Source: a virus (taxonomy: Duplodnaviria; Caudoviricetes). Taken from it: a stretch of 64,000 nucleotides of DNA. Positions 55,641 to 64,000 of this stretch are shown here, one piece after another. The notes under the pieces were generated by a model that saw only the letters and a program-made list of their open reading frames with translations, was not told where the DNA came from and did not search any database. Numbering within the stretch: position 1 is the stretch's first letter; each line of letters starts with the position of its first letter. Both the position numbers and the translations under genes were made by a program. The DNA lies in IMG/VR virus record IMGVR_UViG_3300033075_000403, positions 10,165 to 74,164 of that record; one strand, 5' to 3'.

Positions 55641-56614
55641 ATGGGATTACCTTTTCAATGCTGAATTCGTATTTGGCTTGCAAAGCCCGGTTCGGGATCA
55701 AGTACTTGGAGGGTATTCGACCCTTCAAGAAGTTCTCGTCACGCATCGAGTACGGCCAGATGTGGCATGTGTGCGAGGAAGCTCACGCCGCCCTTGATGT
55801 GTCGTGGCCGTCGAAGCTCCGCGACTACTGCGGTGAGTTGAAGGTAAAACACCCTTACGACCGCGACGAAATCGAGAAGTGGCGGAATGTGTGCCAGCTT
55901 CAGTTCCAGGAGTATGTCAACTTCTGGAGCAAGCATCAGGGGATCGACGGCGAGGTTCCTTTTCTCCAGGAGCAGGTCTTCGACGTTCCGTACACACTTC
56001 CTTCGGGAAGGGTCGTGCGGTTGCGGGGGAAGTATGACTCCGTGGGGTCACGAACTCATGGGCTTGTTCTCCAGGAGAACAAGACGAAATCTGAGATTGA
56101 CGTGATCGCCTTGATGCGGCAACTCAAGTTTGACCTTCAGACGATGCTCTACGCGGTGACTCTCCGCGAGATGTATCAGGAGAAGGTGGATGTTCGCTAC
56201 AACGTGGTGCGCCGTCCCCTCAGTGGTGGCAAGGGGACCATTGTTCGGAAGAAGGGGTCGAAGAACGTCCCCGCCGAGACGGAGGCGGAATACTACGAGC
56301 GCCTGCGCCAGTACATCGCGGACGAACCGGAGACGTACTTCGTGAGGTTCGAGGTTCCTCTGTCGGCTCACGACATCGACTTTTTCACATCCAGATGCCT
56401 AGATCCGCTTTTGGAGTCTTTGTGCAATTGGCATCGTGCGAAGACACGAGACATCCAGCTTTATCAGATGTCGTTTGGACAGGAATGGATTCACCCCTAC
56501 GGGTGCTACAACCCCGTGGACGAGACGGGTGGGTCGGACGTGGACGGCTACCTGTTCGACGGGAACATGGTGGGGCTGGAAAAAGTGGACACCCTGTTCG
56601 AGGAACTGCAATGA
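55553..56614 (+). CDS. PD-(D/E)XK exonuclease (Cas4/AddB-like recombination nuclease)
   Basis: TFSMLNSYLAC, LRGKYDSV, LQENKTK, LQTMLY; ATG after GGAGAGG inside the HNH ORF. Confidence 0.82.
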   Translation: MPSLGEAIREAGQGAYRERTGPLWKGPEVDGITFSMLNSYLACKARFGIKYLEGIRPFKKFSSRIEYGQMWHVCEEAHAALDVSWPSKLRDYCGELKVKHPYDRDEIEKWRNVCQLQFQEYVNFWSKHQGIDGEVPFLQEQVFDVPYTLPSGRVVRLRGKYDSVGSRTHGLVLQENKTKSEIDVIALMRQLKFDLQTMLYAVTLREMYQEKVDVRYNVVRRPLSGGKGTIVRKKGSKNVPAETEAEYYERLRQYIADEPETYFVRFEVPLSAHDIDFFTSRCLDPLLESLCNWHRAKTRDIQLYQMSFGQEWIHPYGCYNPVDETGGSDVDGYLFDGNMVGLEKVDTLFEELQ

Positions 56615-56853
56615 CATCAACGGAGTTCTTCGCGTGGTGTGAGACGGTAGACGAGGTACAACTGACGATCAGTGATGCCAACGAAACCGACAGTATGGTG
56701 GAGTTGCGTGTGAGGATGGCGGGACACACTCACGTCGCTCGAATGACGACCCATGACGATGACGTAACCAAGAACCTCCGCGACATCATGGGTAAACTCA
56801 CCAAGACTATCGACAACCAGATTCAATACCGATTGCTCTATGGAGACAAGTGA
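56611..56853 (+). CDS. hypothetical protein
   Basis: ATGA coupling to the exonuclease. Confidence 0.55.
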   Translation: MTSTEFFAWCETVDEVQLTISDANETDSMVELRVRMAGHTHVARMTTHDDDVTKNLRDIMGKLTKTIDNQIQYRLLYGDK

Positions 56854-57686
56854 TGCCACCCGTGGCGAAAACAAGTCCGAATGTGAAACCCAAACCAACG
56901 GGTGGTCCCAAGTCCGCCTGGGACATGCTCGACAGCCTGAAGATGCTGGTGTACGGCAGGTCCGGTACGGGGAAGACCACGTTCTGGTCCACCTTCCCAG
57001 GACCGATCCTCACGCTCGTGTGCAGTGGTGGGAACCGTCCTGGGGAACTGAAGTCAATCGACACCGAGGAGATGCGGGAGAAGGTCACTCCGACCATCAT
57101 CGACAGCACGGATCAGATTCGTGACGCCATCGCAAGTTTCGATGGAGAAGGCACTTTGGTGCTGGATCACGCATCGGGGCTGGCTGACCTTGCCTTGAAG
57201 GAGATTCTCGGTATCAAGGAGTTGCCCGCTCAGAAGGGTTGGGGGCTGGCCACGCAGCAGCAGTACGGCCAATGCACGCTTCAGTGCAAGGAGATCATGC
57301 GGAGTATCCTCGGCAAGTCATGCAACGTGGTGATTGTGGCCCAGGAGCGTACCTTTGGCGATGCGGAGAGTGGTGGGTCAGACACCGGCATCCAGCCTAC
57401 GGTGGGACCGGCACTGTCGCCGTCACTGGCGGGATGGTTGGCACCTGCCTGCGACTATGTGGTGCGGACGGAGATCCGGCCCAGGTCCGAGAAGGTCGAG
57501 CAGAACTTGCTCGGCAAGAAGACGACGACATGGAAGATCGTCCCCGGCGAGTATGAGTACGTCATGCGGGTTGGCCCACACCATACCTTTCAGACGAAAT
57601 TCCGCAAGCCTCGTGGCGTGGCGATGCCAGAGGTGATCGTGGACCCTGATTACAACAAGGTGCTTGCTCTGGTGAAGGGCGAGTAG
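56850..57686 (+). CDS. AAA_24 / Sak4-like ATPase
   Basis: LVYGRSGTGKTT, LVLDHASG, VVIVAQE, CDYVVR. Confidence 0.85.
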   Translation: MMPPVAKTSPNVKPKPTGGPKSAWDMLDSLKMLVYGRSGTGKTTFWSTFPGPILTLVCSGGNRPGELKSIDTEEMREKVTPTIIDSTDQIRDAIASFDGEGTLVLDHASGLADLALKEILGIKELPAQKGWGLATQQQYGQCTLQCKEIMRSILGKSCNVVIVAQERTFGDAESGGSDTGIQPTVGPALSPSLAGWLAPACDYVVRTEIRPRSEKVEQNLLGKKTTTWKIVPGEYEYVMRVGPHHTFQTKFRKPRGVAMPEVIVDPDYNKVLALVKGE

Positions 57687-57717
57687 GATTCATTTTCTCA
57701 AACGACAGGAGCAACAG

Positions 57718-58773
57718 ATGCAGACCGGCAGTAGCGAATTGTTCAAGGCCCTTGGCGCGCAGCTCAGTGCTGCCCATGCGGAAGCAGCCAACGCGGAAAC
57801 CACGATGCCCATGATGGACCTCCCCGGAGGTATCAAGGGCGGCATCGCACAGGTGGTGGAGTGCAAGTTCGACAAGTACAAGGAAGGTGACAACAAGGGC
57901 AAGTGGTACTTCTACTGCGCCGCCGTGGTGATCGAACCGAAGACCCATGAAGGACGGAAGGTGGAGGGACTCCGCACGTCGATCATGGAACCGATGTGCG
58001 AGACTCCCAGCCGCAAACGGGCGACGATTGAGGCGCACATGCACTACGTCTACAACGAGTTCCGCAAACTCGGCGTGGACACGCGGGAGATCAGCCCCGA
58101 CCAGCTGGAAGACGTGGCCGCTCACATCAAGGCGGCGAAGCCCATCATCGGGTTCTCGACCAGGCTCGGCAAGGCGACTCCACAGTACCCCGACCCCAAG
58201 GTGTTCGAGCAGTGGGAGGGTCTGGTGCAGTACGGGGATCATGCCGACGATGAGGTGAACGACAACACCCCTGACCCGGAACCGACTCCCGCACCACCGC
58301 CGCCCACTCCCAAGGCGACGAAGCCGAAGGCGGCACCCAAGGCAACCCCAGCGCCGACGCCGCCACCCCCTCCCCCGGTGGCAGAGTCCAAACCGGAACC
58401 GACCCTCGACGACCTCGTGGCGGTAGCCAGTGGAGTGCAGGGGGATGAGGCGACGGAGGCTCAGTCCGCACTCACGGAGAAGGCCAAGTCTCTCGGCGTG
58501 TCGGAGGAATCCATCCAGAACGCCGATGACTGGCAGGCGGTGGCCGATTTGATCGTGACCGCCGAGGCCAACGCGGACCTGCTAGTGTGGCAGGCAGGGG
58601 ATGTGTGCAAGCACGCCCCGCTCCTTGACAAGAAGACGAAGAAGCGGGGGCCGGAAGCCCTGTTTGCGATCACGGCGGTGGACGAGAAGGCGAAGACGGC
58701 CAACCTCAAGGGGGTTGACGACGCCAAGGTGTCCTACGCCAAGGTGCCGTGGAGCGAACTGCGCGAACAGTAG
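57718..58773 (+). CDS. ssDNA-binding-like protein with Pro-rich linker and extra C-terminal domains
   Basis: OB-fold-like N-terminus after the Sak4-type gene; PTPAPPPP linker; SH3/KOW-like end. Confidence 0.55.
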   Translation: MQTGSSELFKALGAQLSAAHAEAANAETTMPMMDLPGGIKGGIAQVVECKFDKYKEGDNKGKWYFYCAAVVIEPKTHEGRKVEGLRTSIMEPMCETPSRKRATIEAHMHYVYNEFRKLGVDTREISPDQLEDVAAHIKAAKPIIGFSTRLGKATPQYPDPKVFEQWEGLVQYGDHADDEVNDNTPDPEPTPAPPPPTPKATKPKAAPKATPAPTPPPPPPVAESKPEPTLDDLVAVASGVQGDEATEAQSALTEKAKSLGVSEESIQNADDWQAVADLIVTAEANADLLVWQAGDVCKHAPLLDKKTKKRGPEALFAITAVDEKAKTANLKGVDDAKVSYAKVPWSELREQ

Positions 58774-58815
58774 ACGGTTTGGGGAGCCGCCTGTCCTGCT
58801 CGATGGGCGGCATTC

Positions 58816-58896
58816 GACGCAGTAGCTCAGTGGCAGAGCAGCCGATACACAGGTAGGACAGTCGGTTGGTCGCAGGTTCGATTCCTGCCCGCGTCA
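58816..58896 (+). ncRNA. tRNA-like RNA 1 with 16-nt anticodon loop
   Basis: acceptor GACGCAG/CCGCGTC (one mismatch), D arm GCTC-AGTGGCA-GAGC, stem GCCGA/TCGGT, T arm GCAGG-TTCGATT-CCTGC; no CCA directly after the discriminator. Confidence 0.75.
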
Positions 58897-58928
58897 TTCC
58901 AGTAGATACTCGTGTCTGACCGAGTGGT

Positions 58929-59041
58929 AGTGTCGGAGTTCGTTGGTAGAACACCCGAACGGTTGAGCGGTTGCATCGCATGATGCGGTGATGAACAGGC
59001 TACAAGTTCGGTCTGTGCGGGTTCGATTCCCGCCGACACTT
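58929..59041 (+). ncRNA. tRNA-like RNA 2 with 45-nt insert in the anticodon arm
   Basis: perfect acceptor AGTGTCG/CGACACT, D arm GTTC-GTTGGTA-GAAC, stem CCGAAC/GTTCGG, T arm GCGGG-TTCGATT-CCCGC. Confidence 0.75.
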
Positions 59042-59074
59042 TTTAACAGCAACATACACAAGGAGGAACACCCA

Positions 59075-61138
59075 TTGAGACGTATCGCGTTCGACACCGA
59101 GACGACGGGGCTGGACCTGCGACATGGGGCAGCCCCCTTTTTCGTCACCACCTGTGATGAGCATGGAGTGCAGCGCTGGTGGGAGTGGGATGTGGACCCG
59201 CTCACCCGTCAGGTACAGGTGCCAGCGGAAGGACTCCAGCAAGTTCTCGACCTGATCGAGAGTGCCGACCAACTGGTTCTCCACAACGCCAAGTTCGACG
59301 CCACCGCGATGCTGGCTATCGCGCCGGACTTCGAGTGGCCGTGGCACAAAACCGTGGACACCCTGGTGGCGGCGCATCTACTGGCGAGTAATCGACCGAA
59401 GGACTTGACTTCGCTTGCGATGATGTACCTCAGTACGGACATCTCCAAGTACGAGAAGGCAGCGGTCAAGGCGGCGAACGAGGCACGGTCCCTTGCTCGG
59501 CGAGAGCATAAGGACTGGATGATCGCAAAGGAAGGCTTGCCCTGCATGCCCTCGGCCAAGACCGAGGTGTCTCGGATGGACTATTGGCTTCCGCGTGCCT
59601 TGGCGGGCCATCTGGAGTACGAGAAAGGACATCCGTGGCACACGGTCCTGCAGGACTACGCCAACATCGACACGGTGGTGACGATGCGACTCTGGCACGT
59701 CATGGATGCGGAGATCAAGCGTCGTTGCCAGGACAAGATTTTTAAGGTACAGAACGAACTCACCGAATCCATCTTTGAGATGGAGCGCAGAGGGGTAACG
59801 GTGTCGGTGCCGTCGCTACGGAGCATGCGTGAGTCACGCAAGAAGGAGTCCGAGCTTCAGGGAAGACGGTGCCGGAACATCGCGAAGGTCCACGGGTACA
59901 ACCTCGATCTTCCGAAGGCCGGCGTCAATGATTCGATGCGGTCGTTCATCTTCGATGTGTTGAAGATGCCTGGCATTGTGAACCAGAAGGCCAAGACGGA
60001 TAAGCCGACGCTCAACTCGGCAGCGCTGGAAAAGTACGCCGAGGACAGTAGCCCACGCAGTACGGTAGGTCTATTCTTACGATCCCTCATCAAGAAACGT
60101 GACGTGGACACCGAGGTGGCTTTCCTCGATGCCTACGAGCGGTTCATGCTTGATGAGAGGGATGGGTACGCAACGCTCCACCCAAACTTCAACGGGTGTG
60201 GTACGGACACCCTGCGGTTCTCCTGTCAAAATCCCAACGGGCAGAACATCAAGAAACCGGAGGAAGGAGAGTTCTCGGTACGAGCGTGTTTTGGACCAGC
60301 GCCGGGTAGGGAGTGGGTAGCGAAGGATGCCAAGAACATCGAACTGCGCATCCCGGCCTATGCTTCCGGTGAGAAGGACCAGATCGCCCTGTTCGAGAAC
60401 CCCAACGATCCCCCCTTTTACGGTAGCAACCATCTGCTCAACTTCTCGGCAGTTTATCCTGACCTGTGGGAGAAGGCGGTTGCGGAGCATGGGCTGGGGA
60501 AGGCGGGTCCGTGGTGCAAGAAGCATCTGTCGTCGTCGTGGTATCAGTGGTGCAAGAATGGCGCGTTCGCCAAACAGTACGGCGGGGGAAAGCGAACGGT
60601 AGACAAGGCTTTCCACAGGTCGGGGAGTTACGAACTCCTCGGCAATCGTTTCGACAAGCTCGAAGCGCTCAACCAGCGGTGCATCAACGACGCCAAGACG
60701 AAGGGGTTCATCGAGACGGTTCCCGATTCCAGTGTTGACCCGGAACGTGGGTATCCGTTACTCTGTGGCCGAACCGAGAGCGGTGGCGTGCTTACCACGA
60801 CGCCCCTCAACTACTTCTCGTCGGGATCGGCGATGTGGTGGATGCGGCGAGCGATGGCTCGGTGCCACACTCAACTGAAAGTGTGGAGGAAGGAGGGATT
60901 CGACGGGTTTATCACGCTCCAGGTGCATGACGAATTGATTTTCGACTTCCCGAAGACTGAGGTATCACCACTAGACGAACTGGATTTGCCGGTGGGGGAA
61001 AAGGGAAAGTCCAACCTGTGGCGCATGCGTGTTCTCAAGGATCTCATGGAGCAGGGGGGCAGAGACATGGGGATTCCGCTCCCTGTGTCGATCAACTACC
61101 ACCCCAATAACTGGGGAGAGGGTTTTTCCATCGCATAG
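59075..61138 (+). CDS. polA: family A DNA polymerase with 3'-5' exonuclease
   Basis: ExoI FDTETTG, ExoII HNAKFD, ExoIII YANID; TDTLRFSCQNPNGQNI, motif A DAKNIELR, motif B K...F...YG, motif C QVHDEL; TTG start after AGGAGG. Confidence 0.95.
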   Translation: MRRIAFDTETTGLDLRHGAAPFFVTTCDEHGVQRWWEWDVDPLTRQVQVPAEGLQQVLDLIESADQLVLHNAKFDATAMLAIAPDFEWPWHKTVDTLVAAHLLASNRPKDLTSLAMMYLSTDISKYEKAAVKAANEARSLARREHKDWMIAKEGLPCMPSAKTEVSRMDYWLPRALAGHLEYEKGHPWHTVLQDYANIDTVVTMRLWHVMDAEIKRRCQDKIFKVQNELTESIFEMERRGVTVSVPSLRSMRESRKKESELQGRRCRNIAKVHGYNLDLPKAGVNDSMRSFIFDVLKMPGIVNQKAKTDKPTLNSAALEKYAEDSSPRSTVGLFLRSLIKKRDVDTEVAFLDAYERFMLDERDGYATLHPNFNGCGTDTLRFSCQNPNGQNIKKPEEGEFSVRACFGPAPGREWVAKDAKNIELRIPAYASGEKDQIALFENPNDPPFYGSNHLLNFSAVYPDLWEKAVAEHGLGKAGPWCKKHLSSSWYQWCKNGAFAKQYGGGKRTVDKAFHRSGSYELLGNRFDKLEALNQRCINDAKTKGFIETVPDSSVDPERGYPLLCGRTESGGVLTTTPLNYFSSGSAMWWMRRAMARCHTQLKVWRKEGFDGFITLQVHDELIFDFPKTEVSPLDELDLPVGEKGKSNLWRMRVLKDLMEQGGRDMGIPLPVSINYHPNNWGEGFSIA

Positions 61139-61147
61139 GAGGATGAC

Positions 61148-61600
61148 GTGGGACTCAACGGAAGGGAGCGAACGGTGGAGCAAAAGGAGATCATCAGCAG
61201 GGTGATTCTGCGTCAAGGGATGGACGCAACGATGATGCAGGCGAACGAGACTCTCAAGCCCTACAGCATTGAGATTGGGCCGAAGGAGTTTCAGGATTTG
61301 TGGCGCAAGCATCATCTCGTGGCATGGGAGGCACGATGGAATCTGGCCAACAAGGTCGAGACGGAGTACAGCAAGGCGGTGGAGAGGGAGAAGGTCGCCA
61401 GATCGAATCGACCCAACCAGGCCGAGTTGGAAAAAATCGTGGATGGTCTGGGCTTGTCTCACACCTACAGCGACTTCAAGCGTGCGGTGTACGCATCAGG
61501 ACTCCACCTTCCTGATCGTAACTGGTGGAAGCATGTCAAGAAACGGTGGAAGGTATCTCTGAAGAAACCTCGTAACGAAGAAGGGTACAGCGATGAATGA
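61148..61600 (+). CDS. hypothetical protein (possible DNA binding)
   Basis: GGAGG RBS; helical, basic. Confidence 0.55.
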   Translation: MGLNGRERTVEQKEIISRVILRQGMDATMMQANETLKPYSIEIGPKEFQDLWRKHHLVAWEARWNLANKVETEYSKAVEREKVARSNRPNQAELEKIVDGLGLSHTYSDFKRAVYASGLHLPDRNWWKHVKKRWKVSLKKPRNEEGYSDE

Positions 61601-61793
61601 TCGTGTGAAGTGTGGGTGCTGTAATGGTACAGGGTACGTCAACGTGATGAGTGGTGTTGTGAAGGTAGATACGCCGATCAACACGGTGAACTGGCACCAG
61701 ATCATCGGCCCGATGCAACCCTGTCACTCGTTCACCCTGGAGACGGGAAAACCGGATTGCGACGAGCCGACCATCGTGGAGGTGAAACCATGA
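61593..61793 (+). CDS. small Zn-finger-like protein
   Basis: CGCCNGTG. Confidence 0.5.
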   Translation: MNDRVKCGCCNGTGYVNVMSGVVKVDTPINTVNWHQIIGPMQPCHSFTLETGKPDCDEPTIVEVKP

Positions 61794-62320
61794 GTGTTCT
61801 CACAGGGCCAGAGATCATCCGACAGGTGGTGATGGGTCGTATTCACATTGACCCGTTCATCGAGTCCAATGTAGGTCCGAACAGTTACGACCTGCGGTGG
61901 GGGAACACTTACCGTCTCTACACCAACACACTCCTGGACGTGCGCGGTGTAAACCCAACGGTGGAGTACCCGTTCCCAGAGGAAGGTATGATCCTCACAC
62001 CGGGTGAACTCTACATCATGGCAACGATTGAAGAAGCGGGGAGTGACTACTACCGTCCGTGCATCGAGACACGAAGCAGTATGGCCCGCCTCGGCATCAC
62101 GACGCACTTGAGTGCTGGGTACGGGGATCACGGGTTCAAGAGACAGTGGACTCTTGAGGTCACGGCAATCAAGCCGGTGAAGGTATACCCAGGGGATCGG
62201 GTGTGTCAGATCGAGTTCGTGACGATGGACGGCAAGCCCATGCCGTATGACCAAAGAAAAAGCAGCAAGTACGCCACACAAACAGGACCAACCGCAGCTA
62301 TTGGAGAGGAGAATTCGTGA
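61790..62320 (+). CDS. dcd: dCTP deaminase
   Basis: GPNSYDLR, TRSSMARLG, D.GF...WTLE, PGDRVCQIEF, Y..Q.G. Confidence 0.9.
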   Translation: MSVLTGPEIIRQVVMGRIHIDPFIESNVGPNSYDLRWGNTYRLYTNTLLDVRGVNPTVEYPFPEEGMILTPGELYIMATIEEAGSDYYRPCIETRSSMARLGITTHLSAGYGDHGFKRQWTLEVTAIKPVKVYPGDRVCQIEFVTMDGKPMPYDQRKSSKYATQTGPTAAIGEENS

Positions 62321-63141
62321 AGATCATTACGAAACCAAAGGTGTATCTTGTCGGCAGGCAGCAGGTGGTGGGAGGTGGTAGTGAAGAAATGCCCGATCTT
62401 TACGACTTTCACATCGACCACGATTCCTGGAAATACTATGATCGAGAGCGTCCCACCTCTCCCTCAGAGGAGTTAATCGAAACGGGTGGCAGGCTCTGCT
62501 ATATGTCCTTCAACAACCCCAGACCGGGTGGTTCCGAGGCATACCTGAAGCATATCATCGAAGTGGGCCACGGGTCGGTCCTCGAACACGGGGTGTGGAA
62601 CTTCATCTTCACGGGGATCAGCAGGGCTTGTTCACACGAACTGGTCAGGCACCGGGCTGGATGGGGGTACTCCCAGCTTTCCCAGCGGTACGTTGATGAG
62701 TCGGTGGCGGAGTACGTCGAGCCAGATGTAATCGCCCAGGACTCAGAGGCGCACGCGATCTGGGAGGATGCAGTCAATTACGCCCACGCCGCCTACATCA
62801 AGCTGGCGGAGCGGCTGAGAGAGATGCACTGCCAGCGATACACCGCCGGAGTCGCGTTCACCGCAGCGGAGAAGGCGGAGATCCGCAAGGGGGCGAGGCA
62901 AGCCGCCCGCAGCGTGCTTCCCAACGCCACGGAGACGAAGATCTTCTGCACCGTCAACGGAAGGGCGATTCGGCACTTCCTGGAGATGAGGGGAAGCCGC
63001 CACGCGGAACCGGAGATTCGCAAGCTGGCGTTTCAAGTGCTCGACATCATGCAACGGGAGGCCCCGCTGCTATTCGCAGACTATCGTATTGAAACCAGCA
63101 ACGGCGTCGAAGAAATCGTTACCGACAACAAGAAGGTGTGA
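62317..63141 (+). CDS. thyX: FAD-dependent thymidylate synthase
   Basis: GHGSVLEH, SHELVRHR...SQLSQRY, ARSVLPNATET, AEPEIR. Confidence 0.95.
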   Translation: MKIITKPKVYLVGRQQVVGGGSEEMPDLYDFHIDHDSWKYYDRERPTSPSEELIETGGRLCYMSFNNPRPGGSEAYLKHIIEVGHGSVLEHGVWNFIFTGISRACSHELVRHRAGWGYSQLSQRYVDESVAEYVEPDVIAQDSEAHAIWEDAVNYAHAAYIKLAERLREMHCQRYTAGVAFTAAEKAEIRKGARQAARSVLPNATETKIFCTVNGRAIRHFLEMRGSRHAEPEIRKLAFQVLDIMQREAPLLFADYRIETSNGVEEIVTDNKKV

Positions 63142-63144
63142 CCG

Positions 63145-63462
63145 ATGATGGAAGTGATGCGAGAACTTGTTGACGCAGTGCAAGTGTGCCGGGAAGTTGG
63201 TAAGCCAGCGACGCCAGATGAGAAGAAGAAACCTGGCAGCAAGTACCGGCGGTTCATTCACGTCGGCCACGACGAGCAGTGCGATATATACGACATCCTC
63301 GAAGCCTACGAGGTGACGTGTCCAGCACGGGCACATGCGATCAAGAAGCTGTTGTGCGCCGGTCTGCGCGGCAGTAAGGACGGTTTGCAGGACTTGCAGG
63401 AGGCTGCGCAGGCGTTGGATAGGGCGATTGAACTGGAGCAGCAACGAAAAGGTGGTGAGTGA
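63145..63462 (+). CDS. DUF3310-like phage protein
   Basis: DIYDILEAY.V...A.AHAIKKLL..G.RG.KD.LQDL.EA. Confidence 0.65.
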   Translation: MMEVMRELVDAVQVCREVGKPATPDEKKKPGSKYRRFIHVGHDEQCDIYDILEAYEVTCPARAHAIKKLLCAGLRGSKDGLQDLQEAAQALDRAIELEQQRKGGE

Positions 63463-63493
63463 TCGTGGTTATTCTCTGTTGTACGTTTTCCTC

Positions 63494-63521
63494 TTGACAT
63501 TCAACGACCAGACGTTACTAT
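63494..63521 (+). promoter_or_regulatory. sigma70-type promoter
   Basis: TTGACA-16 nt-TACTAT. Confidence 0.72.
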
Positions 63522-63710
63522 ACCTACGCCGGTTAGAAACGCAAGCCGAGAGAATGTAGATGACACCATGCAGAAAGTGCTTCTGTTTTTGGCGGAATTC
63601 TCTATCTGCATCGCCATGCTGGGGGTGCTGGCATGGTTGCTCGGATCGGTGGAGCTTGGACCACCCGTTCCGGTGGATGACGAATCATTGAGAGGAAAGG
63701 ATGGCGCATC

Positions 63711-63929
63711 GTGACCCAGGGCAGAGCCAAGATCGCATTCAGCCCAGCAATCGCGGCCCGGCGTGGCCTGTCGCCAGCACTCGGCAAGGGCGTTGCCCCG
63801 CTGCCCACGGGTGACGCGCCGCCGCAACCGGAGGGGCACGCAAGGACGGGGCGGAGGAATGATCCGTGCGTCTGTGGGAGTGGTCGCAAATTCAAGAAGT
63901 GCTGCATGCGGAAGGGCGGTGCAAAGTGA
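63711..63929 (+). CDS. SEC-C motif protein
   Basis: GRNDPCVCGSGRKFKKCC. Confidence 0.8.
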   Translation: MTQGRAKIAFSPAIAARRGLSPALGKGVAPLPTGDAPPQPEGHARTGRRNDPCVCGSGRKFKKCCMRKGGAK

Positions 63930-64000
63930 CTGCGGAAGAAGATCAAGTTTTTCGAGACCTGATGATTCACCTTCGGAAGATCGAAATCGGGGTGCATGAG

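Noticed and set aside
54930-55680. Group I intron carrying the HNH
   Set aside because: The insert is filled by promoter, HNH ORF and the overlapping replacement N-terminus. There is no room for a ribozyme core, I saw no P7-type motifs, and the downstream gene has its own RBS and start.
58816-59041. Ordinary tRNA genes, tmRNA or YrlA
   Set aside because: No 7-nt anticodon loop in either element. D stems are present (unlike the tmRNA tRNA-like domain), and the ends lie in the acceptor stem (unlike permuted YrlA).
61790-63141. dcd plus thyX plus UDG as a sign of uracil- or modified-base DNA
   Set aside because: This set feeds normal dTMP synthesis and removes uracil; no base-modifying enzymes were recognised.
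1-64000. CRISPR array
   Set aside because: No regularly spaced direct repeats with unique spacers; the Cas4-like nuclease sits in a Sak4/SSB recombination module.

Overview
The window is a 64-kb stretch of a tailed dsDNA phage genome (Caudoviricetes, siphovirus-like: tail tube, frameshifted tail chaperone and long tape measure, no sheath recognised). It is cut off at both ends and I see no integrase. Layout: (1) 1-8.4 kb, minus strand: early cassettes of small genes with repeated promoter/hairpin/RBS modules, an iteron-like origin candidate, an AAA_25 RepA-type helicase and a DNA methylase. (2) 8.5-38.9 kb, plus strand: TerL; a putative lysis block built on a papain-family protease; a fatty-acid-hydroxylase/sterol-desaturase gene; HNH; portal; methylases; MuF-like protein; prohead protease; capsid, neck and tail genes; a tail-operon glycosyltransferase; a GAMT/Rmt2-like methylase; spike/fibre genes. 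(3) 39.6-49 kb: a nucleotide-sugar and glycosylation cluster with three GTs, a UDP-glucose-dehydrogenase-like enzyme, GNAT, SAM methylase, NDP-sugar dehydratase and DegT aminotransferase. (4) 49-64 kb: RuvC-like resolvase, UDG, CsrA, an HNH homing endonuclease, PD-(D/E)XK exonuclease, AAA ATPase, SSB-like protein, PolA, dCTP deaminase, ThyX. The strongest unusual signals are two tandem tRNA-shaped RNAs with oversized anticodon arms just upstream of polA, the amino-sugar glycosylation pathway, a homing endonuclease that splits and re-supplies the 5' end of its target gene, and a candidate second -1 frameshift in a Zn-finger gene. A Planctomycetota-like host is only an inference. All calls come from motif reading by eye; no searches or folding programs were run.
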